From: the human T2T-CHM13v2.0 reference genome, Homo sapiens
Length of the DNA: 64,000 nt
Direction: 5' to 3' (one strand)
Assembly (NCBI RefSeq): GCF_009914755.1
Contig: NC_060933.1
Part shown: one piece after another, positions 13,150 through 28,766 of the stretch
Layout of the letters: each line of letters starts with the position of its first letter
How positions within the stretch are numbered: the first letter of the stretch is position 1
Position numbers and translations under genes: made by a program
Notes under the pieces: model-generated
Databases searched by the model: none
What the model was told of the DNA's origin: nothing
What the model saw: the letters and a program-made list of their open reading frames with translations, nothing else

Positions 13150-13420
13150 CAGGTTACATACCATGGGTTTGTTAAAGTAGTACAAGTGACACAAAGAGTG
13201 AACCCTAATGTGAACTATGAACTTTTAGTTAGTAACAATATATCAGTATGTGTTCATCAGTTGCGACAAATGTACCCCACAATTGCAAGATGTTCATAAT
13301 AGGAGATACTAGAGATACAGAGAAGATGAAGGTAGTGTATGAGAATTTTCTTATATTCTGGTCAATTTTCCTATAATCTAAAACTGCTCTTTAAAAATAT
13401 ATTTAAAAAAAATTTTAAAG
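13150..13420 (+). mobile_element. L1MC1/2-type 3' end
   Basis: caaagagtgaaccctaatgtgaactatgaactttt...gttcatcagttgcgacaaatgtacc, followed by an A-rich tail. Confidence 0.75.
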
Positions 13421-13428
13421 AAACCCAA

Positions 13429-13669
13429 GGCCAGGCCTGGTGGTTCACACTTGTAATCCCATGAGTTTGAGACTAGCCTGCTCAACATAGTGAGACCCTG
13501 TCTCTATAAAAAATTTAAATAAGAAATTATCCAGCCATGGTGGTACACACCTGTAGTCCCAGCTGCTTGGGAGGCTAAGGTGGGAGGATCACTTGAGCCT
13601 GGGTGCACAGAGCCATGATTGTGCCAGCGCACTGCAGCCTGGCTGACAGAGCAAGACTCTGTCTCAAAA
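13429..13669 (+). mobile_element. AluJ with internal deletions in both arms
   Basis: GGCCAGGCCTGGTGG...TAATCCCA|TGAGTTTGAGAC (left-arm gap); AluJ-type right arm ggatcacttgagcctggg. Confidence 0.88.
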
Positions 13670-14332
13670 TAATTAATTAATTCATTTTTAAAAATCTAAA
13701 AGATGCTTTAACCTATCCACTTCACTTGGCCAATTCCTACTCATTCTTCAGAAATGCAGCTCAAATTTAGAGCATATCTCTCTGTCCTTCTAATGGTCTG
13801 GACCTTATCTACATTATTTTAACCATCCTGAAGTTATCCTTGATTTCATTATTAAAATTATAAGGTTGATGACTACTCTCATTGCCCTGTGATTAGAATG
13901 AAAAGTAAATTTTATTATACTAAACCACTGAGATTATGGTATTCCTAATAGCAACTAATGTGGCTTACCCCAACTAATACTTGTGTTCAAAAATATTAAG
14001 CATCTTCGAGGTCTAGACAGTATTTGTATTAGTTACCCTTTATTTTCTACTCCCTAGAGAGTATTTGACTCATAGGAGGTATTCAATAAATATTAACAGA
14101 TTGCATGTTCTTACTACAAATTAATTTACCATAGCTATAGGGTACTGCTTAAGAATGTTGGTGGAAATAAGACAGCCCTTAGTTGAAGTACTAATTCTTC
14201 CTTTTGCTTTTACTTTGTGATACTGACCAATTCATTTTATATTTTTAAACCTTTCTTCTCCTGTGTAAATTGAGAATAACAATAGTTCCTGTGCCATAGG
14301 GTTATTGTGAGAAGTAGATATAATATTGTACG

Positions 14333-15686
14333 GTCTTAGCCCAGGTTCTCCAGAAAACAAACTTGTTGCAAGAAATAGGTGCTAATGCTTAATTTAGGCA
14401 GATACAATCCCAGGGTAGCAAAGATTTAGGAGAAGGAAAGTGAGGCATGGAAAGGTAGACAGAAATTCAAAGTGACACATTACTGTGCTGTTCACTGTTT
14501 CATGATGAACTGTAAAGAGACACAGCTGTACCATGAGAGGTGGACCCACATGGTCATATGAGCCATCTCAAAGCTGTAGTATAAAGAATCTACATCCCAG
14601 AGCATTCCATGTGACAGGATTTATTCTTTTGGTTTTTGTTGTCCGTAGTTAATACTCCATATTTCTGGACTGCTGTATCTATCCCTTTGGACAGTCGCTA
14701 AGAAAACTTAATTTCCCACCCCAACCCACACTCCATGCTATGCATTTCATTTGTATCTGAAAGTGGAAAAAAAAAACCCTGAAATTCAGGGCACGTAGTT
14801 GGTGAGTTTGGCTTTGCATGGAAATTCAAGGGGTAGGGGGCTGATCCTCCTGGGGAAGCTGCTGATCAGCTCCAAGAGGAGCCAGACAGACCCAAGCAGA
14901 TCTTCTTGGCCATTGTATTAGTTAGGGTTCATAGAGAAGAGAACATAACAACATAACCAATAGGATACAGATATAGATATAGATGATATAGCTATAGATA
15001 TAGATATAGACATAGACATAAATATGGATATAGTTATCATATTTATTATGGAAATTGGCTCATGTGATTATAGAAGCCAATAAATCCTACCACCTGCCAT
15101 CTGTAAGCTGGGGAACCAGGAAAGCTAGTAGTATAATTCAGTCTGAGTCCAATGGCCTGAGAACAATGGATAGGGTTCTCCTAGTGGTGTAGCTCCCAAT
15201 CTAAGTATAAGGGCTAGAGAATCTGTGAGTTGAGGTGGGGGGCCCCACTAGTATAAGTCCTGGAGTCTGAGGGCCCAAGAACCAGATGAATGATGTCCAA
15301 CTGCATGAGAAAATGGATGCTCCAGTAGAAGAAAAAAGAAGAAAATCGCCCTTTCTCCAACTTTATGTTCTATCACGCTCTCAAACTATTAGTGCTGCCC
15401 ACCCACATTAGTGAGGCTGATCTTCCTTACTCAGTCTACAAATTCAAATACAACATCCTCAATGACACACCCAGAAATAATGTTTTACCAGCTATCTGGG
15501 CAACCCTTAGCCCAGTCAAGTTGACACATAAAATTAACTATTATGGCCATAGAGGGAAGCTTGTGAACAACCCTTTAAAAATGATGGGATTTGCTGTAAT
15601 TGCTGAGGTGCTACCAGCATTTTGAGGTCCAGAAGGGATTAGCACTAAGAGAACCCAATATGACACAGAAGACGTGTCCAACACAG
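14333..15686 (-). mobile_element. LTR16-like ERVL LTR split by the MLT2 insertion
   Basis: gtcttagcccaggttctccagaaaacaaac...tacaatcccaggg...; resumes after 15550 and ends near gtgtccaacaca. Confidence 0.55.
14914..15545 (-). mobile_element. MLT2 (B/C/D) solo LTR with internal (GATATA)n
   Basis: TGTATTAGTTAGGGTTC...AGTCAAGTTGACACATAAAATTAAC; perfect TSD GCCAT (14909-13, 15546-50). Confidence 0.9.
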
Positions 15687-16517
15687 TGTGCCAATAATTG
15701 AGCCACCCTACACTGGCATGACATTGGGGAGTTCTAATTCCTACACTCTAACCTTAAATGGCAGCAATAAAATATAAAACCTCCAACTACTGGTTGGGTG
15801 GACCAACATTAGAAAGCCATCTGTAACTCATTTCCATAGTGAAGGAAAACTTTGCCATTGCTTCTCACTGTGTATCCTCTCTTTTAAAGAATAACTAAAA
15901 CACTAAATGAACCCGTTTTTTTATAAGATGTTAAAAATACATCAAAGATTGAACTCTGCCTGCCTGTTGCTGATTTGGAAATGGGCTTGAATGCATTCCT
16001 TACATCCAGATTGAATTACTATTACTTTTACTCTGCAATACTGCCAGACTTTTAAAACTTTTTTTTTAGTAGGACTTGCTCTGGGTCCAGAACATGGTAA
16101 TAGGAATTAACTCTGGCATTTCTGCTGCTTAGTCTGCTCACCAGCTCCTAAATATCAACATGCGTTCTGAATTTCAGCCAGAATTGATTGGAAAATTGGC
16201 CTTATAATTCACTAGGGTTCAGATTTGAGATCAGTTAACACCAGACTTCTGGAAACATTGGCTGCCCCTTTGGGCCAATGAGTGGTGAGGTTATTCTCCT
16301 TGAAAACAGAGCTGAAAGTCATTCCTTTCTTCCTCGCTCTTCAGTGATTTCAGACTTTGCATCCTGCTGAGAACTGCTCTGAGAGTGGGAGTACACAATG
16401 CTTCATGCAGGCTTTACACAGAAGGAGAAATCTGTTCATACAGGGGGGGTGTTCAGACCCATGCCATCAATTCAGATTGTCAGGTTGAGCCACAGAGAGG
16501 GGGCAGGATCTACTGAG

Positions 16518-16893
16518 TGCTATAGACTGAATTGTGTCCATCCCACCAGTCCGAATGTATTTGTTGAAGCCCAGACCCTAATGTGATAGTATTTAGAGGT
16601 GGGACTTTTGGGAGATAATTAGGTTTAAATGTGGTAATGAAGGTGGGATTCTTGTGATGGAATTAGTATCCTTATAAAAAGAGAAGGACACTACAGGCCT
16701 CTTTTTTGTCACTGTGTGAGAATACAACAAGAAGGTGGCCATCTGAAAACCAGGAAGCGAGTCCTCACCACACAACGAATCTGTCATCACCTTGATCTTG
16801 GACTCTGCAGCCTCCAGAACTGTAAGAAATAAATGTCTGTTGTTTAAGCCATTCAATGTATTATATTTTGTTATAGCAGCCTGAGCTAAGAAA
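16518..16893 (+). mobile_element. MLT1A0/MLT1B solo LTR
   Basis: TGCTATAGACTGAATTGTGTCC...cagcctccagaactgtaagaaataaatg...GCTAAG; TSD CTGAG/CTGAC. Confidence 0.88.
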
Positions 16894-17954
16894 CTGACAC
16901 TATGAGTTAGGAAAGACTATAATCCATATTTCCTGAATCTCAGGCTACAGTTATTTTTTCCTCCTTTGCCATATCTCATATGCTATCACCCTAAATAGTG
17001 GGTAGTTGATAGATTAACCATACCATCACCTAAATGTGGCCTGGATCTCAGCAACCTGTAACAATTAATTTGATTATTCAGTGGGTGGACAATGTACATT
17101 CACCATCTTTCAAATTGTGGCTTCTCCATGAGTCCCTTTGGTCCTTTGCTAAGCCATTTTGCCATGTACAGAGAGCATAATGCCTCTTAGAAGTTGCAAG
17201 CCCACTTTGGAACACATGTTCCTGTTTCCAGTTGGATTGCCTCCTGAATGTGGAACTATTTAAAAATCAGAATACTGCTTTCCTGGAAGTGAGAGAAACA
17301 TATGAGAAGATGCATGCTGGCAATGTTTTCTGTAATGTAGGCTGTGACCCATGCTAAAATTAGCCTTTCAAACTCTCTACATATTTTGAACATAATGGCT
17401 GCATAGCCTGAGAAGGGCATCTATGCAGAATTGTGGATTGAAATTATGTTAAACTAGGCAGCAGGAGTTTTATTGAAATTGGACTTCTGACATACATTAG
17501 GAGATCTTTTAATTACATGATCAATAAGATTTCAAAGAAGGCTTAGAAAGTCATCATCATCACTTGTGAAGTGTAGTAAAATATGATGGAAGGAAAAACT
17601 GAGAGTCCTGTGTCAAGAATCCAATGGACAGTCATTAGGTTTTATCTGTGTCAAATTTAAGAACATTTAACACCTGTGCCAGAGAAGTGCACAAGCAGTT
17701 ATGTGAAACATCCAGCTGCTTCCCAGAACCCAAAAGTCCACTGAAGATCATCTGTAAAGAATACACAGGAGGCAGCCAGTGAAGAGAGCTCAACAACGAA
17801 CTCATAAAAGCTTGCAAACAAACAGATTTCCACGTTGGCAAGCCAAGTCCCAAATGTTACTTACAGCTGGGTAAATTTGACCTTCCAAGTGTTTGTTCTT
17901 CTTTGTCACCCATTTTAAAAACAAGAGACTCAGCCCAAGATTACATGGAAGGAA

Positions 17955-18220
17955 GTGTAACATGACAGGTTGGTTAAGAGATCGGGCTGTGGAGTTTGAC
18001 TGCCTCAGTTGGAATCCCATTCATGTTACTTACTAACTGCATGACCTTGGGCAAGTTGCCTAGCCTGTCTAATCCTTTGTTTCCTCACTTGTAAAATGAA
18101 GAATAATAATGGCTGTGCCAATTTCATAGGATGTGGTGAGGATTAAGTGTGTTTATCTAAAGAGCTCAGCACAGTGCCTGGCACATAGCAAGGACTCAAT
18201 ACATATAAAACTATTATTGA
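17955..18220 (+). mobile_element. MIR, near full length
   Basis: ggttaagagatcgggctgtggagtttgactgcc...tgaccttggggcaagtt...gtaaaatg...agcacagtgcctggcacatag. Confidence 0.88.
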
Positions 18221-18580
18221 AATAGTTTCTTGCTTCTCACCAATAAAATATTCTGTATGTGTAACAACACACCTAATGAATCTGGGCACATGGCCACAAA
18301 GAAAGTTTTCAGGAGGTGAGTTGGAGAAAAGCAAAGATTGCTTAGCTATACATAATCATGATAGTTGCTATCTCTTATTGGTGCTGTATCAGGCACTTTA
18401 TGAATATTATCTTATTTAATCACCATGAAATATTAAAAGGTAAATACTATTCTCACTTTTTGTACAAGGCAATCAAAACACAGTGAAGTTAAGTAATTTA
18501 CCCAGAGTAAGACATCCAGAAAATAGGCTCAAATGTGAGGCATTCTGATTCTATATTTGCTCTTCTGAAGCCAACAACAA

Positions 18581-18950
<370 letters not shown>

Positions 18951-19319
18951 TCACATCAGATCAGCATAGTCCTGTCTTATACTGTGGAGCATCAGTACAC
19001 GCAGCTTATATGTTGTAATTGGAATGGAAGAGAGGGAGGCTTCTATATGTCCACTAGTTTTCAGAAAGGTGAAACAAGCAGAGCAAACACATAGAAAAAG
19101 CTAAGACAAATGGACTTCTGTTCTTTGAAGTTCTCTTTACCCTGATGAGGCAAATTTACAGGGCTAACCTTCAAAATATATTCAGTTCAGGTGAGTATAG
19201 CCAGTATTTATAAACATAGCACATCATAGGTATTGTGGAGGGGAATCAGCACAGAAAGATGACTCATACACAAGAAAATCTCATGGAAAAATAAATAAGC
19301 AACTGTAAAACTGTATATT

Positions 19320-19760
19320 AAAGCAAAGTGATTGAGCCCGGGCTTGGGAATCCTGGCTTCATTATTCAGCATCTGAACTCAAGCAGATCACTTTACTTTT
19401 ACATCTATAAAATGGGTCTATTATGTAATCCCTACAGAACAGGAGTGCTAGCGTAATGATATGGAATAAAGTGCATAAACAGCTTAGTATTTGCATCTAG
19501 AGTCACTCAACAATATTAATTACTATGATTAAATTAGACCACCTGCCTAGGTCTAGTACTAGTTCCGCCACCTACTGACTTTGTATTCTTGAGCAAGTTA
19601 CTGAATCACTCTGTTTTCTCACATGTAAATTGGGATAAAAATAGTACCTCCCTCAGAGGGTCATTACAAAGATTAAGTAAGTTAATATTGACAAAGCACT
19701 TGGATAAGTATCTGGCACATAGTAAGGACTCAATGGTAGCTATGACTATTATTGCTGTGA
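19320..19760 (+). mobile_element. Two adjacent MIR relics
   Basis: Two MIR cores: catctataaaatggg and gagcaagttactgaatcactctgttttctcacatgtaaattggg. Confidence 0.7.
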
Positions 19761-20499
19761 TTATTTTTGATAGAAGTAAGCACAAGATGCTGTAAGAAAA
19801 TAAACAGTCACCTACAGAGGTTGTGAGGTGTGAGCAGGAAAAGCTCTCTAGAGGACAGGATGAAAGCATATACCAGGTGTGGGGGAGATAAGCAGGGAAA
19901 CAGTCAGAGAAATGGGAGATTTAGAAACAGTACATCTTGCATTTCTTTATATTCAGACTTCAGTGGAGGCCTTGCCTCTCACATCCCTTGCTTTTGCTGG
20001 TTGGAGTTCATGAGTCCTACAGTTGGTTTGAAGGCAAATTCCAAACTCGAAAAGGAGTGAGGGGGGTAAGAGGAGAATGCAGTACCCCCTTTTGAAAAAG
20101 GGCTGCAATCATTTAGCCGATTAGTTAACATTGTGGAATGCAGTAAGGTCAGAGACTGGCTCACCTTTCAATGTAACTACGGTCCCAATGAGCAATTTCT
20201 AAAATTGCTTGAAGTCATTTATACCAGTGAATGCATATGCATTAGAGCCTGGTTAAAGATTTAGAGGATAAGCTGGTTAATAGAATTAATTTAATATATC
20301 CGGTATAATTCAGTGGAACACATGAGTGCCTTTCAGAGCCTAAAACTGATGGGAGAGAAACAAATCCTTGTACCAGCCATTAAAGAAGGATTGGTTGGCC
20401 TCCTCAAGGAGTAAGCCTATGACTTTCATTCCTCTCTAGCTGTATGCACAATGGATGTCTTGATAAATGGCTATAAACAGTTTACCAGAAATTTGGACT

Positions 20500-20586
20500 C
20501 TTTTCTTTTCTTCTCTTTTCTTTTTTCTTTTCTCTTCTCTTCTCTTTTCCTTCCTTCCTTCCTTCCATTTTTCTCTTTCTTTCTTT
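20500..20586. repeat. CT-rich low complexity (TTTTC/TTCC)n
   Basis: Pyrimidine-dominated run. Confidence 0.9.
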
Positions 20587-22839
20587 GGCCACTTCATATT
20601 CATGCCATGGTCATACCCGATCCCTTTGCCTTATTTCTGAAGTCAGGAGGGAATGCACAAAAGACCAGAGTACCATACATTCACCAAGGTCATCATCCTT
20701 TGTGAGACAGAGTGGATAGAAAAAAGCTACCTTTACCCCTCTCTGCATAGACTGAGTGAAGATCCAAGAAACAGTGGCTACCAGCCTTATTTAAAATATA
20801 GCCTGACTTAGTACTGAGGTTGCTGGTGGGAGCTCAGAAGCAAGCCAGCCAAAAGAATCTAATATTTACTGCAGTTCACCAAGACATGGACGTCCCCACA
20901 TTTTGCAGTTGAAACATGATTTTGTAGGACCAAATGTCTGTTTTTCTGAAGGTGATTCAAAATAAGAGTATATTGTATTTTGCTATGGTAAATCAAAGCT
21001 GCTTCTTCCATCCCTGTCCAAGTTGTGATGCCAAATTAGGGAGACCTTTTGACTCAGAAATAATAAAAAAGAAAAACATTTGGGAAGATGTTTTAAGATG
21101 ATGAGAGAGCTTCTATTTATGCAACTCTCAGTGATATAGTTTTTAATATTACTTTTATATAATTTTTTAAGTTTTCAAATTGAAACAGTGCTTTTCCAAT
21201 CTGGGAAAAATAATTTGGGAGTAAATATTGATTATTCTTATGTGGCATGTTTGTCTATGGCCAGAATGACAATAGAAATATTCTGTGTCACTGATCAGGA
21301 CATTCAAGGGGAATTTTAACAAAAAGAAGAAGGTAAAGAAAAAATATGCATTTCATATTTACATAAAAGGACACATGGCAAGGTTGTTTGGCTTTCAAGG
21401 ATCATGAAAAGTGCCCAGCATGGTGTGTAGTAGATATGAACCACATAAAAACAAATGTGCTTGATTCAAAATGGTATAGGTATTTTATCTTATATCAATT
21501 CATGTTCATAAGTAAATTCCCATTCTACAGTATAAGCTCTTAGAAGACAGAAATCGTTTTCTTTTTTCTCTCTCTACCCCTCCTCAAATCAACATAAGTG
21601 AAAACCCTGGGCCAGAGAGAAAGGAAGGCCTGAGCTGATAGTCCAGTTGGGATTGGTGTGGGCAAGTCCTATCACTTCAATATGCCTCAGTTTCCCTTAA
21701 CTGTAAAATAGGGATAATGATGTTTACATTGTACCTTAAGGAGTGATTGTAAGGATTCCATGAGAATGTTGTGACAGCAACCTGCATGGAAACTTGCAGC
21801 TATATTTTCATTACTTGTACATCCCCAGCCCTTTGCTTTTTCAGCAAAGATCGTGTCTCACAAAAAGTGTGTCATTAGTGAGCATGAGCATAACTTTGAT
21901 CAGGGATAAGTGGCTCTGACTTGATTGGTGGAAGTTTCTACATTGGTTGCAGCTGCATAGCTGTTTTTATGCAGGTTGTATGCAATTACCTAGCCGTTTG
22001 CAATGGTTGTGAAGAAAGCCAAGGGTCAGTGCTATAGCAAAGCAACCCCTCTTTGCTCTGGCTACAACAGGCCTTTTCCATGCAGTGACAGACACAATCC
22101 ATCTTGAATCCAAACAGATAAAGAAATAAAGAAGGACAGAGAAAAGTAATAAAAGCAAATAGGGGGCAACAGAGGAATAAAAAGAAAGGGATGCAAATAA
22201 ATGTGTTTTTGAAACACTCTTCTAATTCTTTGAGAAGAACAGACAGCAGTGTTGAGCTAATGACCCAAAAACAGATCTGAGCAAACATTTGCCAATGATC
22301 TGGAAAAGAATTTCTTTTTTCCTGACACTTCCCTAAGTAACAGTAGAACTTTGGATTCTGGGAAGGGAGAGTAGTGCTGAGGCCAGGCAAGGTATTGCCC
22401 ACCCTTCATAAGGTTCTCTCAGGGACCCCTGCCAAACTTCAGACCTGGCTTGTGACAAGGGAACCTCTGAATGCTGTGGTTTGGATTTTGCTTGTGGCTT
22501 AATTTTCATATGTGAGGTCTTCTCACGCCCAAGAAACCAGGCCTTGCCCAATCGAAATCAGACAGAACGGCCACACGCATTTGCAAGAATGCATGCCATC
22601 TTGTCTTTCTTGATTATTTTCATGGGGCTTTCTTAACAAAAATGGGAGAAACAGGTAGAATAGGAGTCACGGGAGTTCAGTCCTTTCCTTATGTCTAGAC
22701 CGACATTTTACAAACTGACTACTCTGAGGCATGGTCATTGATATTAACAAGAAAAGTGCTGTTAGGACAAATAAGTTTGAGAAGTAGGTTTAACAAAATG
22801 AAAGAGGTATTTTTCCTGCAGAGCACACTGATAGGCTAG

Positions 22840-24270
<1,431 letters not shown>

Positions 24271-24619
24271 CCCTCAGTTTTCTCCTTCTACATAATGATC
24301 AAAAAGGAAATCTGCTATACTTTTATTATATGAGGGAGGTGCTAAATGGACAAGTGTGGCAAAACCCAGGATTTGCAGACTGCAAAAATGTCAGCACATG
24401 GAACAGTATTTTGGTCCCATGCAATAGGATTGATTCATATTATCAATAACCAGATCAAACTAAAGGACACATTAAACATTTAGCACTACAATTAACCACG
24501 GCCTTTGTCATTTCAACATGAAATGTCTTAGTCATTTCAAAGTGAAGACATAATGTATTGTAAATCTTGTTCGAGTCCCATGTGAAAAAGTTCCATTCCT
24601 TGGTTAGAGGTTTGAACCA

Positions 24620-24830
24620 AAGTTGAATCATTTATTTGAGCATAACATTTCAGAGGCTTTTCCAGGTAGTTCATTAGGAAACAGATATTCTCCTCATGAC
24701 AACCTTCTGATGTGAGTATCATTATCCTAATTTTACAGATGAAGAAACTGATGATTGGTGAGTGAAACACTTCCCCAAGGAGACAGAGCTAACAAGTGAC
24801 ATAGATGGTTTTTGAAATCCACATTTTTAA
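24620..24830 (-). mobile_element. MIR
   Basis: attatcctaattttacagatgaagaaactga...cttccccaagg. Confidence 0.8.
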
Positions 24831-25099
24831 GAAAAAAATTCACATTGTTTTACATAAGCAAAAATTCAATGTTTGCTCATGAAACAGTTGAGTTATGAGC
24901 TGTTTATACTTAAAAGAAGATTCCATCAATAGTAAGAATATCTGATTATGTGTGGTATGGTCAAAAGCCATGGGGCAATAACATAAACAAAGAAAAGTTT
25001 TAGGTTGCATCACTTTTTGTCTCTAAATCTCAGAGTATTTTCATAAGGAAGAATATACGACATTATGGATGCATTTAAAAACATAAACTAGGGAAAATG

Positions 25100-25325
25100 A
25101 GAGCCTTTCTCAAGGAAGCAAATTTTCATTGACAGCTGTCTTACATTAGAAAGATTTGCCTCACAAAAGTGGTATTCCCATCCCTGGAGGTACATCAACA
25201 GAGAATAGACAATTCACAGTAAGGGATGTTATAGACTAAACTTTGCTGATTCACACAAGCTGGACCAGATAATCTCACACAAGATGGACTAGATGTCCTT
25301 TAGGGTTCTTTCAACCTTAAGACAT
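25100..25325 (+). mobile_element. L3/CR1 3' end relic
   Basis: ttcccatccctggaggtac...tggactagatgtcctttagggttctttcaacctt. Confidence 0.65.
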
Positions 25326-25360
25326 GGCTGCTCAGTCAATTCCATCAATATCAATTGTTC

Positions 25361-25833
25361 TGTGTTTAAGCTTGGTCTCCTCCCAAGGCAGAGTCTGAGG
25401 ACTGGGTATCAGGCAGTTTAATTGGGAGATGATCCTAGGAAGTAGAGTGAAAATGGAGAGAGAGAAGCAGGAAATGAGGAAAAGCCAATCAACTGTGGGC
25501 TGTTGAATTTATAATTATTGTGGTCCTGCTGACACCCTTGGAGGAATCTTAAAAATTGAGCCTTAGTCCCTTGTTCCCAGAAGGCTGGGGGCTTCATTCA
25601 TCAGCTTCCACCCAACCGGTCAAGGCTAGGCTTGCGTAAGAGTTTACTGCACTTCTACAGTTCCAGAGAAGGCCATGAGGAAGAAATGTGGAGGGATATT
25701 GTGGTTTACCACTGAAGGTGCATTTTATTACATGTTGCATTTTGAGCACATTTTGAATTGTCCATCACAGCTGCACTAAGGTAAGAGATAGGCTAAGCAT
25801 ATAAAATGTGGGGCACCAAAAGCATTTGCTCTA
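25361..25833 (-). mobile_element. LTR16-like ERVL solo LTR
   Basis: aggcagagtctgagg...gcagtttaattgggagatgatcctaggaag...gggcaccaaaagcatttgctctac. Confidence 0.65.
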
Positions 25834-25953
25834 CCTAGTCTTTGTTTTGATTTGCTTTCTAGGCTGGAGTCTTGAGCAATCAGCAAGAGCCCGATAAATA
25901 AATACTTCTTCCACTCTGCTCTTCTATGAGTACAGGGTTAGCTGTGGTTCCTG

Positions 25954-26796
25954 TGTTAAGCAGAATAATACCCCCTCCGACCCCCAATGTGGCCCCTTAA
26001 TAATTTATGGAACCTGTGCATATTTAGGTTACAGATCAAAGAGAAATTAATGTTGAAGATGAAATTAAGATTGCTGATAGTTGGCCTTGAGATGGGAAGG
26101 TTATTATGAATTATCTGTGTAGGTGCAGTATCATCACAGGTGTCTTTATAACTAGAAGATAGAAGCAGAAGAAAAGAATCAGAGAGAGGGAAGCATAAAA
26201 AGAACATTGCTGGCATTGGTGATTGGAGGAAGGCCCAAGAGCCAGGAATGCTGTTTTTTTTTTGTTTTGTTTTGTTATTTTTTTTTTATTTTGTTCATTT
26301 GTTTGTTTTTTAAGACAGAGTCTCACTCTGTTGCCGGAGCTGGAGTGCAGTGGTATGATCTGGGCTCACTGCAACCTCCACCTCTTGGGTTCAAGCAATT
26401 CTCTGCCTCAGCCTCCCGAGTAGCTGGGATTACAGGAACCCACCACTACGCCCGGCTAATTTTTTGTACTTTTAGTAGAGACGGGGTTTCACCATCTTGA
26501 CCAGGCTGGTCTTGAACTCTTGACCTCGTGATCCACCCGCCTCAGCCTCCCAAAGTGCTGGGATTACAGGCATGAGCCACTGTATTTGGCCTGCTGGTCA
26601 TCTTTAGAACCTGGAAAAGACAAGAATATGGATTCTCTCTTAGAGCTTTCTGAAGGAATGCATCCCTGACCGTACCTTAATTTAGTCCAGTGAGACCTAT
26701 TTCAAACTTCTGACCTCCAGAACTGTAATAAATTTGTGTTGTTTAAGCCACTAAATCTGTGCTAATTTGTTATAACAGCAATAGAAAATTAATGCA
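25954..26796 (+). mobile_element. MLT1D solo LTR interrupted by an Alu
   Basis: gcagaataat...gatgaaattaagattgctgat...cttctgacctccagaactgtaa...aatagaaaattaatgca. Confidence 0.87.
26254..26591 (-). mobile_element. AluS (Sg/Sx4-like)
   Basis: GACCTCGTGATCCACCCGCC diagnostic; TSD TGCTG (26249-53, 26592-96). Confidence 0.93.
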
Positions 26797-26854
26797 GTGC
26801 CCCATTTCACAGTACTGTAGGGCAATCTATGGACTCTAATCCAAAAAGGATTAC

Positions 26855-27361
26855 TGCATTAGTCAACTTTTGGCTAAAATAATGCTGCTGCATGACAAAC
26901 AACCCTTAAATCTGTGGTTTACAATAATAAAAATATATTTCAGGCTCACAGGTTGCTTAAATTCAGTTGTGGTATATATGTGAATCCGTATATTATCATA
27001 TGACTGAGCTCTGCTAGGCTTGGCTGTGCTATACTGGGGTCTTGGCTTAGGAATGGGTTCAGGTCAGCTCCACATGTCTTTATTCCATGACCCAGGCTGA
27101 AGCAGCAATAACTCTATGGGGCATACTATTCTCCTGGTGGAGGAAAGAAGCTCCAAAAGGCTAACACACGCTCGCCATGTCTCTTAAGGCTAATTGACTA
27201 AGGCTGACACACACAGTTACTTCTGCCCACATTCTATTGGCCCAAGTCAGTGATAAGATTCAGCTCGTTATTGGAACCAAGAAAAGCACCCTGACCTACA
27301 AGAAGAATGTCAAGGTCAGGGTGGGAAGGAAGAATTGTGGACAAATAATACAATCTATCAC
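26855..27361 (-). mobile_element. Old MLT1 (J-like) LTR
   Basis: cattagtcaac...aataatgctgc...acttctgcccacattctattggccc...aaataatacaatctatcac. Confidence 0.7.
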
Positions 27362-28766
27362 CAAAGGGCATCTGTACCTGTGAAGATGTGAGCTCACCTG
27401 TCTCCTGCAAAGACAGGTCTCATCATGGTCTGGCCAACATGGTTGGGTCTCCCAGTAAATGATGCAAATCTATAGAGATCTATTAGGCTGCAGTGCATCT
27501 CAACAGACTCTTAGAATCCTAGCTTTAAGAATCACACAAAGAAGTGTAATCCAACTGCCATATTTTTATAGGAAAAAAAGTGTTCTAAGAGAGGATTTTC
27601 CCCAAACCAGACAATAGTAGAACTGATAATAGAACAAAGATCTCTAAAACAGTCAAGGGCTCAACCCACAGTCTCTTTAATTCTGAAATCCTGCTCCGTA
27701 GCCCACCCCAACTATGTTACAGCTCCAAGTCCTTCAGAATCTATATACTAACAATACGACTGAATTGACAAAGATGAGGTTGATTATACCAGCATCAGAC
27801 TGACAAAGTCCTCATTTTTCTCCTCTAAACCTTAGGTTTGAACAAACCTTTATTTTGGATGGCACTAGGGAAATCCCATTCTGCCTCTGCCTGAGGTTCT
27901 GTTTGGGTGTTGTAGAGCAGTGATTCACAGGAAAAGCACCTTCCAAACCCACATGGGTTCCTTCTTCTTCTTCTTCTTTTTTTTCCCCTGATAGAAGTAA
28001 TTTTTGGACTGCTGTGAGATGCCCAGATGGAGAGTGCTGTAGACACCAAGGCTCTCTTCTTGGCCATGGGTCAGGGAGGGTATCTTCAGGGGCTTTCTCA
28101 GCCTTTCTGTCGCCAGGAAGTTTCAATCCTCCAGACAAAGAAGGGTAGGTTTTTCCCTATACCTGAAAAGCTCTTTTGTTATCTTTTTGTTCCTCCCATC
28201 CATGGAAAGACCCCAGACTAGTTGTTATCTGCTCTAGGAAACCTTCCCTGATTTTCCTGAGCATAGTTAATTGCTCATTTGTCTGTGCTCACTAGCACTT
28301 TGTGCAGCCTCTGTCCTATCACTTACCACATTGTATTATGTTTTTTTTTTTTTTTTCCTTTGTACAGCTACTTCTGTCACCAAATTATGCCCTCTTCCAT
28401 TGCTGGGACTTTATATTATTCACCAGTATGTCCAGAGCATTTAGTACAATATCTGCCATAGAGTAGGGATTTAGTAGAAACTTCTTGATTAATGATAGAA
28501 ATTATTCTATTGTTTATTTTATCTTATTTTAGCCAACACGTCATAACATCATATAATGAAATACCGCAATATAATCATTTATTATATATCCCTGAATGTA
28601 TGAATAAATGAAAGAGATGTAACAATTACTGAGTATCTTCTATGTGCTGATCTCTATTTTACACATCACCTCAACACATAGAAGCAGGCACAGAGTCACA
28701 CACACACATGTTCACATGATGAATGTTTATTTTAGAAAAAAAAAAAGGAAAATGGAGGTAAGGATA

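Noticed and set aside
17674-17751. Possible 78-nt minus-strand exon (acceptor TATTCTTTACAG)
   Set aside because: Weak donor (CAG|GTGTTA), unrecognised peptide and opposite to the inferred host strand.
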